A model generated the notes under the pieces. The model saw only the letters and a list, made by a program, of their open reading frames with translations. It searched no databases and was not told the DNA's origin. A DNA stretch of 64,000 nucleotides, taken from an uncultured Alphaproteobacteria bacterium. Lineage in GTDB: Bacteria > Pseudomonadota > Alphaproteobacteria > Methylaequorales > Methylaequoraceae. The stretch spans positions 87,066 through 151,065 of the forward strand of contig CACEWP010000002.1 in the NCBI GenBank assembly GCA_902563305.1, given 5' to 3'. Position numbers and translations under genes: made by a program. Below are positions 48,885 through 60,535 of the stretch, in pieces. The stretch's first letter is position 1. Each line of letters starts with the position of its first letter.

Positions 48885-49559
48885 ATGAATAGTAACTTTT
48901 TTGAAATAGCTAGAGCAAACATGGTTAACAATCAATTATTACCTAATGGTGTTAAAAATTCTAAACTCATAGATTCATTCGATAGTACCAAAAAAGAATT
49001 ATTCGTACCTGAAACCGAGAAAGACGTTGTATATAGCGATTCAGATATAATGATTGCACCGAAAAGGTACCTAATGAGATCATTTGTATTAGGAAAAATG
49101 TTTGAAAATTTTAGTTTTTCAAAAGAAGACTCTATACTAGTAATTGGTTGTCTAACAGGTTATTCAGTTGCAATACTTTCAAATTTAGTTAGTTATGTTT
49201 TTGGTATAGAAAATGATAAAAAAATTGTGGAACAAGCAAATAACAATTTATCTAAAATGGGTTATCTAAATTGCTCTGTTTTTTTTAAATCTAATTTAAT
49301 ATCAGGAAATAATAAAAACGCTCCATATGATAAAATTTTTATTGAAGGAGCTGTCAAATCAATACCAAAAATTTTGATTAAACAATTAAAAGATAATGGT
49401 GAAATCTACACAGTTCTCAAAGAGAATGATCATATTGGTCAATTTGTTAAAGGTCAAAAAATTAATTCATTAATTTCGTTCACAAAACTTTTCAACACAA
49501 CTTTGCATGAATTGGAAGATTTCATAATCCAGGATAATGATTATGAAAATGATTTATAA
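48885..49559 (+). CDS. pcm: protein-L-isoaspartate O-methyltransferase
   Basis: 224 aa; SAM-binding VLVIGCLTGYSVAIL motif and PCMT architecture. Confidence 0.7.
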   Translation: MNSNFFEIARANMVNNQLLPNGVKNSKLIDSFDSTKKELFVPETEKDVVYSDSDIMIAPKRYLMRSFVLGKMFENFSFSKEDSILVIGCLTGYSVAILSNLVSYVFGIENDKKIVEQANNNLSKMGYLNCSVFFKSNLISGNNKNAPYDKIFIEGAVKSIPKILIKQLKDNGEIYTVLKENDHIGQFVKGQKINSLISFTKLFNTTLHELEDFIIQDNDYENDL

Positions 49560-50907
49560 ATCGGTTCTATTAATTTTTTTTATATCATTACCTAGTTATT
49601 TAAACGGGCAGGTTTTAATAAATAATGATCTAAAAGAATCTTTGGAAGCACTCTACAAATTTAATCCTAAGTTAAAATATTACAGAAATATTCTTAAGTC
49701 AAAGGACGAATTAATGCCTCAGGCTTTCTCTGAGTTCAGACCGGAAATAAGAGGTTATTATGAAAAGGGTAAGGTTCATACAAATTCTCATGGTTTCAAT
49801 ATAACATCAGATGGCATAAGGACAGAAACTAATAAAGGTATTAGTATAACTCAAGATATATTTGACGGGGGTAGTAGCTTAAGCAATGTAAAAGTTGCTA
49901 AGAATACTATTTTTTCTGAACGGAATATTCTTAAAGATAAAGAACAGGAAATATTCATTGATGCAATTAAGACCTATGCTGCTTTTGCAACTGAGGAGTC
50001 AAATTATTTATTAAAAAAGAAGAATGTTGAGGTCTTACAGAATAGATTTGAATTAACAACAGAACAGTTCGATATTGGAGAAGTTACATTAACAGATGTT
50101 TCAATAGCAGAAGCGAGACTATCATTAGCTAAATCAGATTTAATTGAATCAGAAAAAAATTTAGAATCTTTAGAGGCTAATTTTTACTTTATATTTGGAA
50201 TTAAACCAAATTCTCCAAAAATAGATTTAACTTTACTTGAATTTAAAAAAGAAATTAATGAAATTAAAAAAATAGGATTAAAAAAAAATCCCAAAGTTAA
50301 TGATTTAATTTTTCAAATAAAATCCTTAGAAAATAAAATAAGAAGTTTAAAGAGAAAAAAATTACCTAGTGTTAAATTAGAAGCCGATGCATATATTAAT
50401 GAGGGTTATTTTAGAACAGACAGTAAAAGAGAGGTTTTATCAGCTTTTGCAGTAGTTGATATTCCTCTTTATCAATCTGGAGCAGCTGCGTCAAAAATAA
50501 GGGAATCAAAGAATGAATTATTTGCTCTAAGGCAATTACTTAAGCAGGTTAAAGATGAAGTGAGTTTTAATATCTCATCTTCTAAGTCCTCTTATGACTA
50601 TTCTTATTCTAAAATTTCTGCATATAAAAAACAAATTGAGTCTAATAAGATTTACTTAGATGGACTAAGACAGGAGATGCAACTTGGAGAAAGAACAATG
50701 TTAGATTTACTAGATGGAGAGCAGGAACTTTTACAATCTGAACTTGATCTCGTAAAATCTTACAGAGACCTTTTCAATTTTTATTACGAGATTATGTTTT
50801 TTATGGGAAATTTGAACGCAGTTGATTTAGGTCTAGACGTAGAATATTTTGATGAAACCAAAAATTTTGATGATATTAAATACAAGTGGTTAGATATAAT
50901 TGAGTAA
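49537..50907 (+). CDS. tolC: TolC-family outer-membrane efflux channel
   Basis: 456 aa, signal peptide, two-repeat coiled-coil/beta-barrel pattern; conserved pcm-tolC-valS synteny of alphaproteobacteria. Confidence 0.75.
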   Translation: MIMKMIYKSVLLIFFISLPSYLNGQVLINNDLKESLEALYKFNPKLKYYRNILKSKDELMPQAFSEFRPEIRGYYEKGKVHTNSHGFNITSDGIRTETNKGISITQDIFDGGSSLSNVKVAKNTIFSERNILKDKEQEIFIDAIKTYAAFATEESNYLLKKKNVEVLQNRFELTTEQFDIGEVTLTDVSIAEARLSLAKSDLIESEKNLESLEANFYFIFGIKPNSPKIDLTLLEFKKEINEIKKIGLKKNPKVNDLIFQIKSLENKIRSLKRKKLPSVKLEADAYINEGYFRTDSKREVLSAFAVVDIPLYQSGAAASKIRESKNELFALRQLLKQVKDEVSFNISSSKSSYDYSYSKISAYKKQIESNKIYLDGLRQEMQLGERTMLDLLDGEQELLQSELDLVKSYRDLFNFYYEIMFFMGNLNAVDLGLDVEYFDETKNFDDIKYKWLDIIE

Positions 50908-53507
50908 TGTTAGAAAAAAGATTTAACTTCACTAAAATCGAAAAGAAATGTTTAGAATTTTGGTCCAAGGAAAAGATATTTGCTTTCAAGGAAGATTCTA
51001 AAAAACATCCTTTTTGCATAATGATGCCTCCGCCTAACGTTACAGGTAGTCTTCACATGGGACATGCGTTAACATTTACACTGCAAGATATATTAATAAG
51101 ATTTCAAAAAAAGCTTGGTAAAAATGTTTTGTGGCAGCCAGGTACTGATCATGCAGGAATAGCAACGGAAATTGTGGTTGAAAAAGTCCTAAATGAAAGA
51201 GAAAAAAAAACTAGGAATGAATTAGGTAGAAAGAAATTCATTAAAAAAATTTGGGAATGGAAAGAAGAGTCTGGTGATAAAATTATTGATCAGATGCAAA
51301 GACTAGGCACGTCAGTTGATTGGAATATTTCAAGATTTACCATGGATAAGGGATTAAGTGAGTCTGTAAATGAAGTTTTTATAGATCTCTTTAATAAAGG
51401 ATTGATTTATAAAGATAAAAGACTAGTAAATTGGGATCCAAAGTTGTGCACAGCTGTTTCAGATCTTGAGGTTAATCAGATAGAAAAAAATGGTAAAATG
51501 TGGTTTATAAATTACAAAATAGAAAATAGCGAAGATTTTATCTTAGTAGGTACTACTAGACCAGAGACTTTATTTGGTGATACTGCAATTGCGATTCATC
51601 CAAAAAACAAAAAATTAAATTTTTTAATTGGCTCTTCTGCAGTTATTCCAATTTTAAATAAAAGTATTCCAATAATATCAGATGTTTATGCTGATCCTAA
51701 AAAAGGTTCTGGTGCAGTTAAAATCACACCTGCCCACGATTTTAATGACTTTGAAGTAGGAAAAAAACATAATTTAGAATTTGTTAATATATTTGATAAT
51801 AAAGCAAACTTAAATGATAAAGTTCCTTCAAATTTCAAAGGATTGAATAGATTTGCAGCGAGAAAAAAAATAATTTCCGAACTGAATAAATTAAAGCAAA
51901 TTGTAAAAGTTGAAAATAATAAAATGGTTATTCCAGTTGGAGAAAGAAGCGGCGAAATTATAGAACCTTTCTTAACTGATCAATGGTTTTTAGATACAAA
52001 AAAAATCTGTGTAAAAGTTGAAAAAGCTATTAAAGAAAAAAAAATTAATTTCTATCCAAATAGTTGGATGAATACTTTTAAGCATTGGATAAAAAATATC
52101 GAACCCTGGTGCATCTCTAGACAAATATGGTGGGGGCACAGAATACCGGTTTGGTATAGTAATACAGGAATTATGATTGCTGCCAAATCAAAAAGTGAGG
52201 CTCAAAAAATTCTAAAAAATAAAAGTAACGTTGCAGTAATTACCCATCAAGAAAACGATGTCTTGGATACTTGGTTTTCCTCTGCATTATGGCCTTTTTC
52301 AACATTAGGTTGGCCAAAAAAAAATAGTTTAATAAAAAATTTTTACCCTACAAATGTTTTGGTAACAGGGTTTGATATAATTTTTTTTTGGGTAGCCAGA
52401 ATGATAATGATGGGTTTAGAATTTATGAAAGAAGTTCCTTTTAAAGCTATCTATATTCATCCATTAGTAAAAGATGAAAATGGTCAAAAAATGTCTAAGT
52501 CTAAGGGAAATGTTATTGATCCGCTTGAACTAATTAAAAGTTATGGATCAGATGCACTCAGATTTACTCTAACAAATTTATCAACTCAAGGCAGAGATAT
52601 TAAACTTTCTAATAAATTAGTAGAGAATAGTAGAAACTTCATAACAAAAATTTGGAATGTTGCGAGGTTTAGCCAATTTAATAATTTCAGATATGAAAAA
52701 GGATTTAAACCTCAAAGTTGTAGTTTATTAATTAACAAATGGATAATACTAAGATTCTCAAGTATTCAACAAAAGGTCATTAAAAATCTAGAAGATTATA
52801 AGTTTAATTTGGTTATTTCTGAATTATATCATTTTATTTGGAATGACTTTTGTGATTTATATCTTGAACTTTCTAAATTTTATTTAAAAGAAGATAAAAA
52901 TAAAAAAGAAATTTCAGGAACCTTTAATTATGTTTTTTCAAGATCTCTAAATTTAATCAACCCAATTATTCCATTTATAACTGAGAAAATAGGAACTGAG
53001 TTGGGATACATTGAGGATTCATTCTATAATCAACAGATTTTAAATAAATCTAAATTTAATTATGAAACTGAATTAATTATTGAATTTGATCATTTTATTA
53101 ATCTTGTTAGAAAAATTAGGTTTGAAGTCGGAAAAACAAAGTCAATTTTAAAACTTGTGATAATTTCATCAAAAAAAATCAAATGGATAGAAGATAATAT
53201 ATTTTTAATTAATTCTATTTTTAACTTTAGTAAAATAGAATATTTAAAAAGTTATAAAGCTAAGGATCATAAAGTTATTGTTATCTCAGGGATAAAATTT
53301 ATTTTGAAATCAGTTGAAGATAATAATTCAATTAAGGAAGAATCTTTAGATAAAAAAATTACATTTTTTAAAAATGAAATAAACTTTTGTATGGAAAAAC
53401 TAAATAATCAAAATTTCATTAACAAGGCTCCTTTGAAAATTAAACAAAAATATGAAATTAAATTAGAGGAAGCAAAAAAAAATCTTAGATTATTGATAGA
53501 AACATAA
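50907..53507 (+). CDS. valS: valyl-tRNA synthetase
   Basis: HIGH-type motif PPPNVTGSLHMGHA, KMSKS motif, C-terminal coiled coil. Confidence 0.9.
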   Translation: MLEKRFNFTKIEKKCLEFWSKEKIFAFKEDSKKHPFCIMMPPPNVTGSLHMGHALTFTLQDILIRFQKKLGKNVLWQPGTDHAGIATEIVVEKVLNEREKKTRNELGRKKFIKKIWEWKEESGDKIIDQMQRLGTSVDWNISRFTMDKGLSESVNEVFIDLFNKGLIYKDKRLVNWDPKLCTAVSDLEVNQIEKNGKMWFINYKIENSEDFILVGTTRPETLFGDTAIAIHPKNKKLNFLIGSSAVIPILNKSIPIISDVYADPKKGSGAVKITPAHDFNDFEVGKKHNLEFVNIFDNKANLNDKVPSNFKGLNRFAARKKIISELNKLKQIVKVENNKMVIPVGERSGEIIEPFLTDQWFLDTKKICVKVEKAIKEKKINFYPNSWMNTFKHWIKNIEPWCISRQIWWGHRIPVWYSNTGIMIAAKSKSEAQKILKNKSNVAVITHQENDVLDTWFSSALWPFSTLGWPKKNSLIKNFYPTNVLVTGFDIIFFWVARMIMMGLEFMKEVPFKAIYIHPLVKDENGQKMSKSKGNVIDPLELIKSYGSDALRFTLTNLSTQGRDIKLSNKLVENSRNFITKIWNVARFSQFNNFRYEKGFKPQSCSLLINKWIILRFSSIQQKVIKNLEDYKFNLVISELYHFIWNDFCDLYLELSKFYLKEDKNKKEISGTFNYVFSRSLNLINPIIPFITEKIGTELGYIEDSFYNQQILNKSKFNYETELIIEFDHFINLVRKIRFEVGKTKSILKLVIISSKKIKWIEDNIFLINSIFNFSKIEYLKSYKAKDHKVIVISGIKFILKSVEDNNSIKEESLDKKITFFKNEINFCMEKLNNQNFINKAPLKIKQKYEIKLEEAKKNLRLLIET

Positions 53508-54277
53508 TGTTTAGGATAAAATTTCATGATATTTGCTTTATATCGAATAAAAAGCAGATTTATAATTCTAAAATTATTCTTTTTTTTTATGGTATAGGTT
53601 GTAGTTCGCATGACTTTGAATTTCTTTTTAGAAATCAAATTTACAAAGAACAATTGATTATTGCAGAACTACCTGGGCATAATAATGTGAGGAATTATCG
53701 AGACAACTTACTTTCTTATTCAAAAAAAATATATCTTTTTTTAAAAAAGAAAAACATTAAAGAGATAACATTTTTTGGTCATTCTCTTGGTGGTATCATT
53801 CCAATTTTATTAGTAAAGAACTTTCTTAAAAAAAAAATTGAAATTAAGAAATTTATAAATTACGAAGGTAATTTAACAGTACATGATACTGAGACTTTAA
53901 CAAAAAAAACTATTTCATATAACAAAAATGATTTTATGAAGTATAAGTTCAGCAAACTAATAGAGCTCTGTAAAGTATCTGATAAAAAGTTTCTTAATTG
54001 TTGGTCCGAATCCTTACAAAAAACATCACCTTTAAAATTTTATGATTTTTCAAGCGAATGTGTGAAACTAAGTGAAAAAAAAGAACTTTTAAGTTTCTTT
54101 AGAATTTTTTTTAAATTTAAAGTATATATTTATGGAGAAAAAACTGTACTTAGAGTTCCAAACTATTTTTTCGGTTCTGTCCGTTTCAAAATAAAAAACT
54201 CAGGACATTTCTCTTTTTTTGAAGATAGAATAGAATTTAGTAGAATATTCAATCAATTAATATTAAAAAAAATGTAA
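53507..54277 (+). CDS. alpha/beta-fold hydrolase
   Basis: 256 aa; GHSLGG nucleophile elbow. Confidence 0.5.
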   Translation: MFRIKFHDICFISNKKQIYNSKIILFFYGIGCSSHDFEFLFRNQIYKEQLIIAELPGHNNVRNYRDNLLSYSKKIYLFLKKKNIKEITFFGHSLGGIIPILLVKNFLKKKIEIKKFINYEGNLTVHDTETLTKKTISYNKNDFMKYKFSKLIELCKVSDKKFLNCWSESLQKTSPLKFYDFSSECVKLSEKKELLSFFRIFFKFKVYIYGEKTVLRVPNYFFGSVRFKIKNSGHFSFFEDRIEFSRIFNQLILKKM

Positions 54278-54278
54278 A

Positions 54279-56000
54279 ATGAAAAAAATTAGAAAAGAAA
54301 ATCTACCAAGTAGACATGTTTCTGTTGGTCCGAAAAGTTCACCTCACCGATCATATTACTATGCAATGGGACTAAGTGAAAAAGAAATTTATCAACCGTT
54401 TGTGGGTGTTGCTACTTGCTGGAATGAGTCCGCACCTTGTAATATTTCTCTTTCTAGACAAGCTCAATCCACTAAAAAAGGAGTAAAAGATACTAAAGGC
54501 ACACCCAGAGAATTCACAACAATAACAGTGACAGATGGGATTGCAATGGGGCATGAGGGAATGAAGTCGTCTCTAGTATCAAGAGAAATAATTGCTGACT
54601 CTATAGAGGTATCTATAAGAGGCCACTGTTATGATGGCTTGGTGGGTATAGCTGGTTGTGATAAATCTCTACCTGGTATAATGATGGCAATGTTAAGATT
54701 AAACGTTCCTTCGGTCTTTCTTTACGGAGGCTCTATTCTTCCAGGTAAGTATAAAAATAAAGAAGTAACTGTTCAAGATGTATTTGAAGCTGTAGGAGAA
54801 TACGACTCTAATAAAATATCAGAAGATGAGCTTTGTGATTTAGAAAAAGTTGCTTGTCCTTCTGCTGGATCTTGTGGTGGTCAATTTACAGCAAATACTA
54901 TGGCCTGTGTGGCTGAAGCTATAGGCTTAGCATTGCCAGGTTCATCATCCACTCCAGCTCCCTATGAATCTAGAGATAAATTTGCATATGAATCTGGTAA
55001 ACAAGTTATGAACTTAATTAATATACAATTAAAACCAAGAGATATTGTTACTAAAAAATCCCTAATTAATGCAGCAAGAATCGTAGCATGTTCTGGAGGA
55101 TCTACCAATGCCGCACTACATTTACCAGCACTAGCTAATGAAATTGGTATTGATTTTGATTTGATGGATGTAGCTAAAATTTTTAAAGAAACACCATATA
55201 TTGCCGATTTAAAACCAGGTGGCAAGTATCTTGCGAAAGATTTACATGATATTGGAGGTGTACCTATAATTATGAAAACACTACTTGATGGAGGTTTTTT
55301 AGATGGTAAATGTTTAACAGTAACAGGTAAAACTCTTGAGGAAAATTTAAGTTCTATCAAAGTAGACTTTGACTCGCAAAAAATAATTTATTCAACAAAT
55401 AAACCCATTTCAAATACAGGAGGTGTTGTTGGTTTAAAAGGTAATCTTGCCCCTGATGGTGCAATTGTAAAAGTCGCCGGATTAAAGTCTCAATTTTTTA
55501 AAGGTAAAGCTAGATGTTTTGATTGTGAGGAGGATGCATTCAAGGCTGTAGGTGATAAAAATTTCAAAGCAGGAGAGGTAATTGTTATAAGATATGAAGG
55601 TCCTAGAGGTGGGCCAGGAATGAGAGAGATGTTGGCAACCACAGCAGCAATTTATGGTCAAGGAATGGGGGAAAAAGTTGCGCTTATAACAGACGGAAGG
55701 TTTTCTGGTGCCACTAGAGGACTTTGCGTAGGGCACATAAGTCCGGAAGCAATGGGAGGGGGGCCAATAGCATTGATTAAAGACGGAGATGAAATCTTAA
55801 TTGATGCAGAAAAAGGAGTAATTGAATTAATCGTAGAAGAGAAAATATTAGAGCAAAGAAAAAAAATGATAAAGGTAAAAGAGAATAACTTTGGTTCAGG
55901 TGCATTATGGAAGTTCTCTCAAACCGTTGGTTCGGCAAGGTTTGGTGCTGTTACACACCCAGGAGGAAAAAAAGAGAAGAGAAAATATTCAGATATTTAA
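54279..56000 (+). CDS. ilvD: dihydroxy-acid dehydratase
   Basis: 573 aa; IlvD/EDD signatures CDKSLPG and SGGSTNA... Fe-S ligands. Confidence 0.9.
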   Translation: MKKIRKENLPSRHVSVGPKSSPHRSYYYAMGLSEKEIYQPFVGVATCWNESAPCNISLSRQAQSTKKGVKDTKGTPREFTTITVTDGIAMGHEGMKSSLVSREIIADSIEVSIRGHCYDGLVGIAGCDKSLPGIMMAMLRLNVPSVFLYGGSILPGKYKNKEVTVQDVFEAVGEYDSNKISEDELCDLEKVACPSAGSCGGQFTANTMACVAEAIGLALPGSSSTPAPYESRDKFAYESGKQVMNLINIQLKPRDIVTKKSLINAARIVACSGGSTNAALHLPALANEIGIDFDLMDVAKIFKETPYIADLKPGGKYLAKDLHDIGGVPIIMKTLLDGGFLDGKCLTVTGKTLEENLSSIKVDFDSQKIIYSTNKPISNTGGVVGLKGNLAPDGAIVKVAGLKSQFFKGKARCFDCEEDAFKAVGDKNFKAGEVIVIRYEGPRGGPGMREMLATTAAIYGQGMGEKVALITDGRFSGATRGLCVGHISPEAMGGGPIALIKDGDEILIDAEKGVIELIVEEKILEQRKKMIKVKENNFGSGALWKFSQTVGSARFGAVTHPGGKKEKRKYSDI

Positions 56001-56768
56001 ACTAATCCAAATAGGAATGTGATCAGATGGTTTTTGCATGCCTCTATATTTTGATTCAAAGTTAATACTTTTTACAAATTTAAGAAATTTTGGAGAAATA
56101 AGGAAATGGTCAATTAAAAGTCCATCATTTCTCTCCCAACAAGCTCTTTGATAATCCCAATAAGAAAAAATCTCACCAGGCTTTTTAAATATTCTTACTA
56201 TATTGGTCAAACCGCATGAGAGAATTTCTCTAAACTTTTTTCTTGCTTGGTAACATCCCAATGCATCTTTTTCCCAGTTGTCAAAGTTTTTGACATCATT
56301 TTCATTTTCTAGAACATTGAAATCGCCAGCAATCAATAAATTTTTAATATTATCAACATAATTTTTAGAAATTTCTTTTAATTCAGATAGCCATAACATT
56401 TTAAAATTAAACTTTTCTTTATTGTCAATTGGATTTCCATTAGGTGTATAAACATTTAAAATATTTAGATCTAATTTTTTAATATAAATAAAATTTATCC
56501 TTGATTCTTTTAATAAGATTTTTCGATCAACTTTAACTTGATTGAAGTCTAATTCTTTTCTTAATAAGACAGCAACCCCAAATTTCCCTTTTTGTCCATT
56601 AATAACAGCTTTATAGTCTAATGCAGTGTAAAAATCTGGAAAATCTTCATTTGTGCATTTAATTTCTTGAAATAAAATTACATCAGGGCGGACTTCCTTT
56701 ATAAATCTTTCAATTAAATTAATTCTTATTCTGATAGAATTAATATTCCAAGAAGCAATTATTGTCAT
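55989..56768 (-). CDS. xth: exodeoxyribonuclease III
   Basis: 259 aa; AP-endonuclease family 1 motifs ([26 protein letters not shown]). Confidence 0.85.
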   Translation of the reverse strand: MTIIASWNINSIRIRINLIERFIKEVRPDVILFQEIKCTNEDFPDFYTALDYKAVINGQKGKFGVAVLLRKELDFNQVKVDRKILLKESRINFIYIKKLDLNILNVYTPNGNPIDNKEKFNFKMLWLSELKEISKNYVDNIKNLLIAGDFNVLENENDVKNFDNWEKDALGCYQARKKFREILSCGLTNIVRIFKKPGEIFSYWDYQRACWERNDGLLIDHFLISPKFLKFVKSINFESKYRGMQKPSDHIPIWISLNI

Positions 56769-57086
56769 CTAGACAGAAAATGAGGTTCCACAACCACATG
56801 TGGATGTTGCATTGGGGTTTGTAACCTTAAAATATGATCCAATAATGTCATTTACAAAGTCAAGTTTAGAGCCTTTTAGAAAATTCAAAGAGGTAGGATC
56901 TATAAGGATTTTAACACTTTTAAATTTAAAAATTTTATCTTCTTTATTGATTTTTTTATCAAAGTTAAACTTGTAAGAAAAACCTTGACATCCTCCACCA
57001 TCAACTGAGATTCTGAAATAATCTTGCTTTTCTTTTAATGAGATTTCTTTTATTCTTTCAATTGCATTGTTAGATACATCAAACAT
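56769..57086 (-). CDS. erpA: Fe-S cluster insertion protein ErpA (A-type carrier)
   Basis: 105 aa HesB family; C-x...CGCGTSF C-terminus. Confidence 0.8.
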   Translation of the reverse strand: MFDVSNNAIERIKEISLKEKQDYFRISVDGGGCQGFSYKFNFDKKINKEDKIFKFKSVKILIDPTSLNFLKGSKLDFVNDIIGSYFKVTNPNATSTCGCGTSFSV

Positions 57087-57130
57087 TATAAAAAACTACT
57101 TTATGTGTTAATAATATATTTATATAGATT

Positions 57131-58270
57131 ATGGTGCAATATTCAAATTTTTCAACTGATTATAAATTAACTAGGGGCAGAGTTTATCTTGAAGAAGATG
57201 ACTCTAATAGAACATGTTTTATGCGAGACAGGGATCGTATTATTCACAGTTCAGCATTTAGAAGGTTAAAATATAAAACACAAGTTTTTGTTTATCACGA
57301 GGAAGATTATTTTAGAACTAGACTTTCTCATAGTTTAGAAGTTTCTCAACTTTCAAGGTCTATCTCAAAAGTATTTAATATAAATGACGATCTAAGTGAG
57401 TCAATTTCCTTGAGTCATGATCTTGGGCATACCCCATTTGGTCACGCAGGTGAAGATGTTTTAAATGAGAAGATGAAAGATAGAGGAGGTTTTAACCATA
57501 ATTATCAAGCACTAAAAATCTTAACTGTTCTCGAAAAGAAATATTTGGATTTTGATGGTTTAAATCTATCTTTTGAAACACTTGATGGTATTTTAAAACA
57601 TAATGGACCAATAATTGGTGAAGTCCCATACTATATTCAAAGTTTTATTGATTTTTTTGATGGTAATAAAAGTTTACAAGGTTCTTTTGAATCTCAAGTG
57701 GCAGCAATGTGTGACGATATAGCCTATAATAATAACGATATAGACGATGGACTATACGCAGGATTATTTGAAGTTGAAGAGCTTGAGGAACTTGATCTTA
57801 TAAAAGATGCTTTATCTAAAATAAAGTTGAAAGAATCAAATAAATCTCAAAGATTTAAATTTGAACTAATTAGAAAATTAATAAACTTGATGGTAGATGA
57901 TTTAATTTCAAATACAAAAAATAATATTATAAATTTAGGAATTAAAAGCTCTAACGAGATTCTTGATCTTAATGTTCCTTTAGTTATTTTTAGTGATGAA
58001 ATGAAAAGTAAAGAAAAAAAACTAAAGGTTTTTTTAAAAAATAAAATGTATAATCATCCAAAAGTAAAAACAATGAACTTTAAAGCAAAGAAGATTATTT
58101 CAGATTTATTTGATTTATTTACTGAAGAACCATATTTACTTCCCAATAATTGGAGAAACCACGTAAATGAGGAGCAAAAATATATTAATGTTTCTGACTA
58201 TATCTCAGGTATGACTGATAATTATGCAATTAATATCCATAAAAAATATTTTGACCTATATAGTTTTTGA
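57131..58270 (+). CDS. dgt: dGTP triphosphohydrolase-like HD-domain protein
   Basis: HD motif (RLSHSLEVSQL ... HDLGHTPFGH), dGTPase family architecture. Confidence 0.8.
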   Translation: MVQYSNFSTDYKLTRGRVYLEEDDSNRTCFMRDRDRIIHSSAFRRLKYKTQVFVYHEEDYFRTRLSHSLEVSQLSRSISKVFNINDDLSESISLSHDLGHTPFGHAGEDVLNEKMKDRGGFNHNYQALKILTVLEKKYLDFDGLNLSFETLDGILKHNGPIIGEVPYYIQSFIDFFDGNKSLQGSFESQVAAMCDDIAYNNNDIDDGLYAGLFEVEELEELDLIKDALSKIKLKESNKSQRFKFELIRKLINLMVDDLISNTKNNIINLGIKSSNEILDLNVPLVIFSDEMKSKEKKLKVFLKNKMYNHPKVKTMNFKAKKIISDLFDLFTEEPYLLPNNWRNHVNEEQKYINVSDYISGMTDNYAINIHKKYFDLYSF

Positions 58271-59994
58271 TGCTTTTTAACGATTATCTAAAAAATAAGT
58301 TAAATAATTTGATATGTGCAGAATTCAAAGCTCATAGTATTCAAGAAATTCCAGATGAATCGTCTTTTAGTATCGAAATACCCAGTAATAAAAAATTCGG
58401 TGATGTTTCCTCAAATATTGCAATGATTTTTTCAAAAAAATTGAATCTAACACCAAGGGAATTAGCAGGTAAACTTTGTAATCAATTAAATGAGGATAAA
58501 TTTATAGAGAGGTTGGAGGTTGTTGGTCCAGGTTTTCTAAATTTTTTTTTTAAAAATTATTTTTGGCAAAATCAGTTAAAGGAAGTTGTTAGAAATTTAA
58601 AAATTTATAAATACAAAATCGAAAAGAAGAGAATTTGCCTAGAATTTGTTTCTGCTAACCCAACTGGACTAATGCATATTGGTCATGCAAGAGGAGCCGT
58701 ATTAGGTGATACTATCGCCTCTATTTTAGAGGAAGTAGGTCATGACGTTACTAGAGAATATTATATCAATGATGCTGGAGAACAAATAAAGAAACTTATA
58801 AATACAATTATTTTTCATCATAAAAATTTGACAAATGAAAAAATAAATGATGATAAAAATCTTTATCCAGGAACCTATTTAAAAGAAATTTCAGATACTG
58901 TGTATAAAGATAATTCACGAGAAGGGTTGTCTAATAATATTTTTGAAAAAAAAATAATTGACTTAATTATTAATGATATAAAAAAAGATCTTAAAGAAAT
59001 TAAAGTTGATCATAATTCCTTCGTGTCAGAAAAGAAAATATCATCGAAAGAAAATGTTGATAAAGTTTTAAAAAGACTTAAAAATAAAAACTTAATCTAT
59101 GAAGGTTTCCAAGAAAGACCTAAATCCTCCAATAATCAAAATTGGAAGAAAGATAAACTTCTTCTTTTCAAATCACAAAAGTTAGGTGATGATAATGATA
59201 GAGCACTAATGAAACCTAATGGTGATTTGACGTACTTTATGTCTGATATAATTTATCATCAGAATAAGATTGATAAAAATTATGACATTCTTTTAAATAT
59301 TTGGGGTGTTGACCATTCTGGTTACGTGAAAAGACTAGCAAATGCTCTTAAAGAATTAAATGTAAAAAAACAATATAGTTTTGAAGTTAAACTTACTTCA
59401 TTAGTAAATTTATTAGAGGGAAAAAAAATTATGAAAATGTCTAAAAGAGATGGTAACTATGTAACTATGAGGGAAGTTGTTGAAAAGGTTGGTTCTGATG
59501 CATTAAGATTTATGATGATTTCTAGAAATGTTGATAAAAAAATAGATTTTGATTTTAAAATTATCAAATCTAAAACAAAGGAAAACCCTGTTTTTTATGT
59601 GCAATATGCTTATGCAAGGTGCATGTCTTTAATTGAAACATTCAAGAGGACATTTGATTGTCCCTCAAAAAAAATTGATATTAATGATGCTGATCTATCT
59701 TTTCTTAACTTTGAAGAGGATAAAGTCTTAATAATAAAGCTCTCAAATTTTTTTAATATAATGATTGCATCTGCTAAATCTTACGAACCTCATAAAATTG
59801 CAAATTATCTTTATGACCTTGCTAAAGATTTTCATGCTTATTGGGGTTTGGGAAAATTAGATCCGTCTAAGAAGATAATATCTGATAATAATTATGAGAT
59901 TTCTTTTTCTAGAATATCTTTGGTTCTTGTAGTTAGTTTGATAATAAAAAAAGGTTTAGGTATTTTGAAAATAGATTGTCCTGAAAATATGTAA
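58267..59994 (+). CDS. argS: arginyl-tRNA synthetase
   Basis: HIGH motif (ANPTGLMHIGHARGAVLGD), ArgRS anticodon-binding C-terminus. Confidence 0.9.
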   Translation: MMLFNDYLKNKLNNLICAEFKAHSIQEIPDESSFSIEIPSNKKFGDVSSNIAMIFSKKLNLTPRELAGKLCNQLNEDKFIERLEVVGPGFLNFFFKNYFWQNQLKEVVRNLKIYKYKIEKKRICLEFVSANPTGLMHIGHARGAVLGDTIASILEEVGHDVTREYYINDAGEQIKKLINTIIFHHKNLTNEKINDDKNLYPGTYLKEISDTVYKDNSREGLSNNIFEKKIIDLIINDIKKDLKEIKVDHNSFVSEKKISSKENVDKVLKRLKNKNLIYEGFQERPKSSNNQNWKKDKLLLFKSQKLGDDNDRALMKPNGDLTYFMSDIIYHQNKIDKNYDILLNIWGVDHSGYVKRLANALKELNVKKQYSFEVKLTSLVNLLEGKKIMKMSKRDGNYVTMREVVEKVGSDALRFMMISRNVDKKIDFDFKIIKSKTKENPVFYVQYAYARCMSLIETFKRTFDCPSKKIDINDADLSFLNFEEDKVLIIKLSNFFNIMIASAKSYEPHKIANYLYDLAKDFHAYWGLGKLDPSKKIISDNNYEISFSRISLVLVVSLIIKKGLGILKIDCPENM

Positions 59995-59996
59995 AA

Positions 59997-60533
59997 ATGT
60001 TAAAAAACAAATTCAAATTCGTATGTCTTTTTCTTTCTTATAGTTTTTTTATAGGTATAATTATAATATCAATCAATGCTGTTGTTCCGGATGCTGAACT
60101 TCCTATTTTAGAACCCAAAGAAAATTTGGTAATGAAAATAGATAATAACTTTTCTAGAAATAAAAACTCTGCGTATGAAATCTTAGAAGAAAATAATGAT
60201 AATGAAACTATTGAAAATATAAATGAAGAAACTCTGAAGATAAATAATGAGAAAGTTGAAAATAAAAAACCTACTGATGAAAATAATAAATTTCGTTTAC
60301 AATTTGCATCATTTAAACAAAAGCAAAAGAGTTTAAAAATTTTAAATCAACTAAAGATAAAATTTTCAAAAATGGCTTTAAGCATAAACTTAACTGTTAA
60401 AGAGGTGAAAATAAATGATAAAGAGACTTTCTTTAGAATTATTTCTGAAGATAAGTATTCTTTTTTAAATGCCAGAAATCAATGTAAACTGGTTAAAAAT
60501 AAAAATATTCAATGCATCATTATTAAGAGCTAA
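59997..60533 (+). CDS. SPOR-domain (septal peptidoglycan-binding) protein
   Basis: N-terminal TM anchor, acidic linker, C-terminal SPOR fold (FRLQFASFKQKQKSLKI...); conserved argS-SPOR-nagZ synteny. Confidence 0.6.
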   Translation: MLKNKFKFVCLFLSYSFFIGIIIISINAVVPDAELPILEPKENLVMKIDNNFSRNKNSAYEILEENNDNETIENINEETLKINNEKVENKKPTDENNKFRLQFASFKQKQKSLKILNQLKIKFSKMALSINLTVKEVKINDKETFFRIISEDKYSFLNARNQCKLVKNKNIQCIIIKS

Positions 60534-60535
60534 AA

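Noticed and set aside
53408-53653. 81-aa minus-strand ORF at the valS/hydrolase junction
   Set aside because: Antisense to the valS 3' end and hydrolase 5' end; no support
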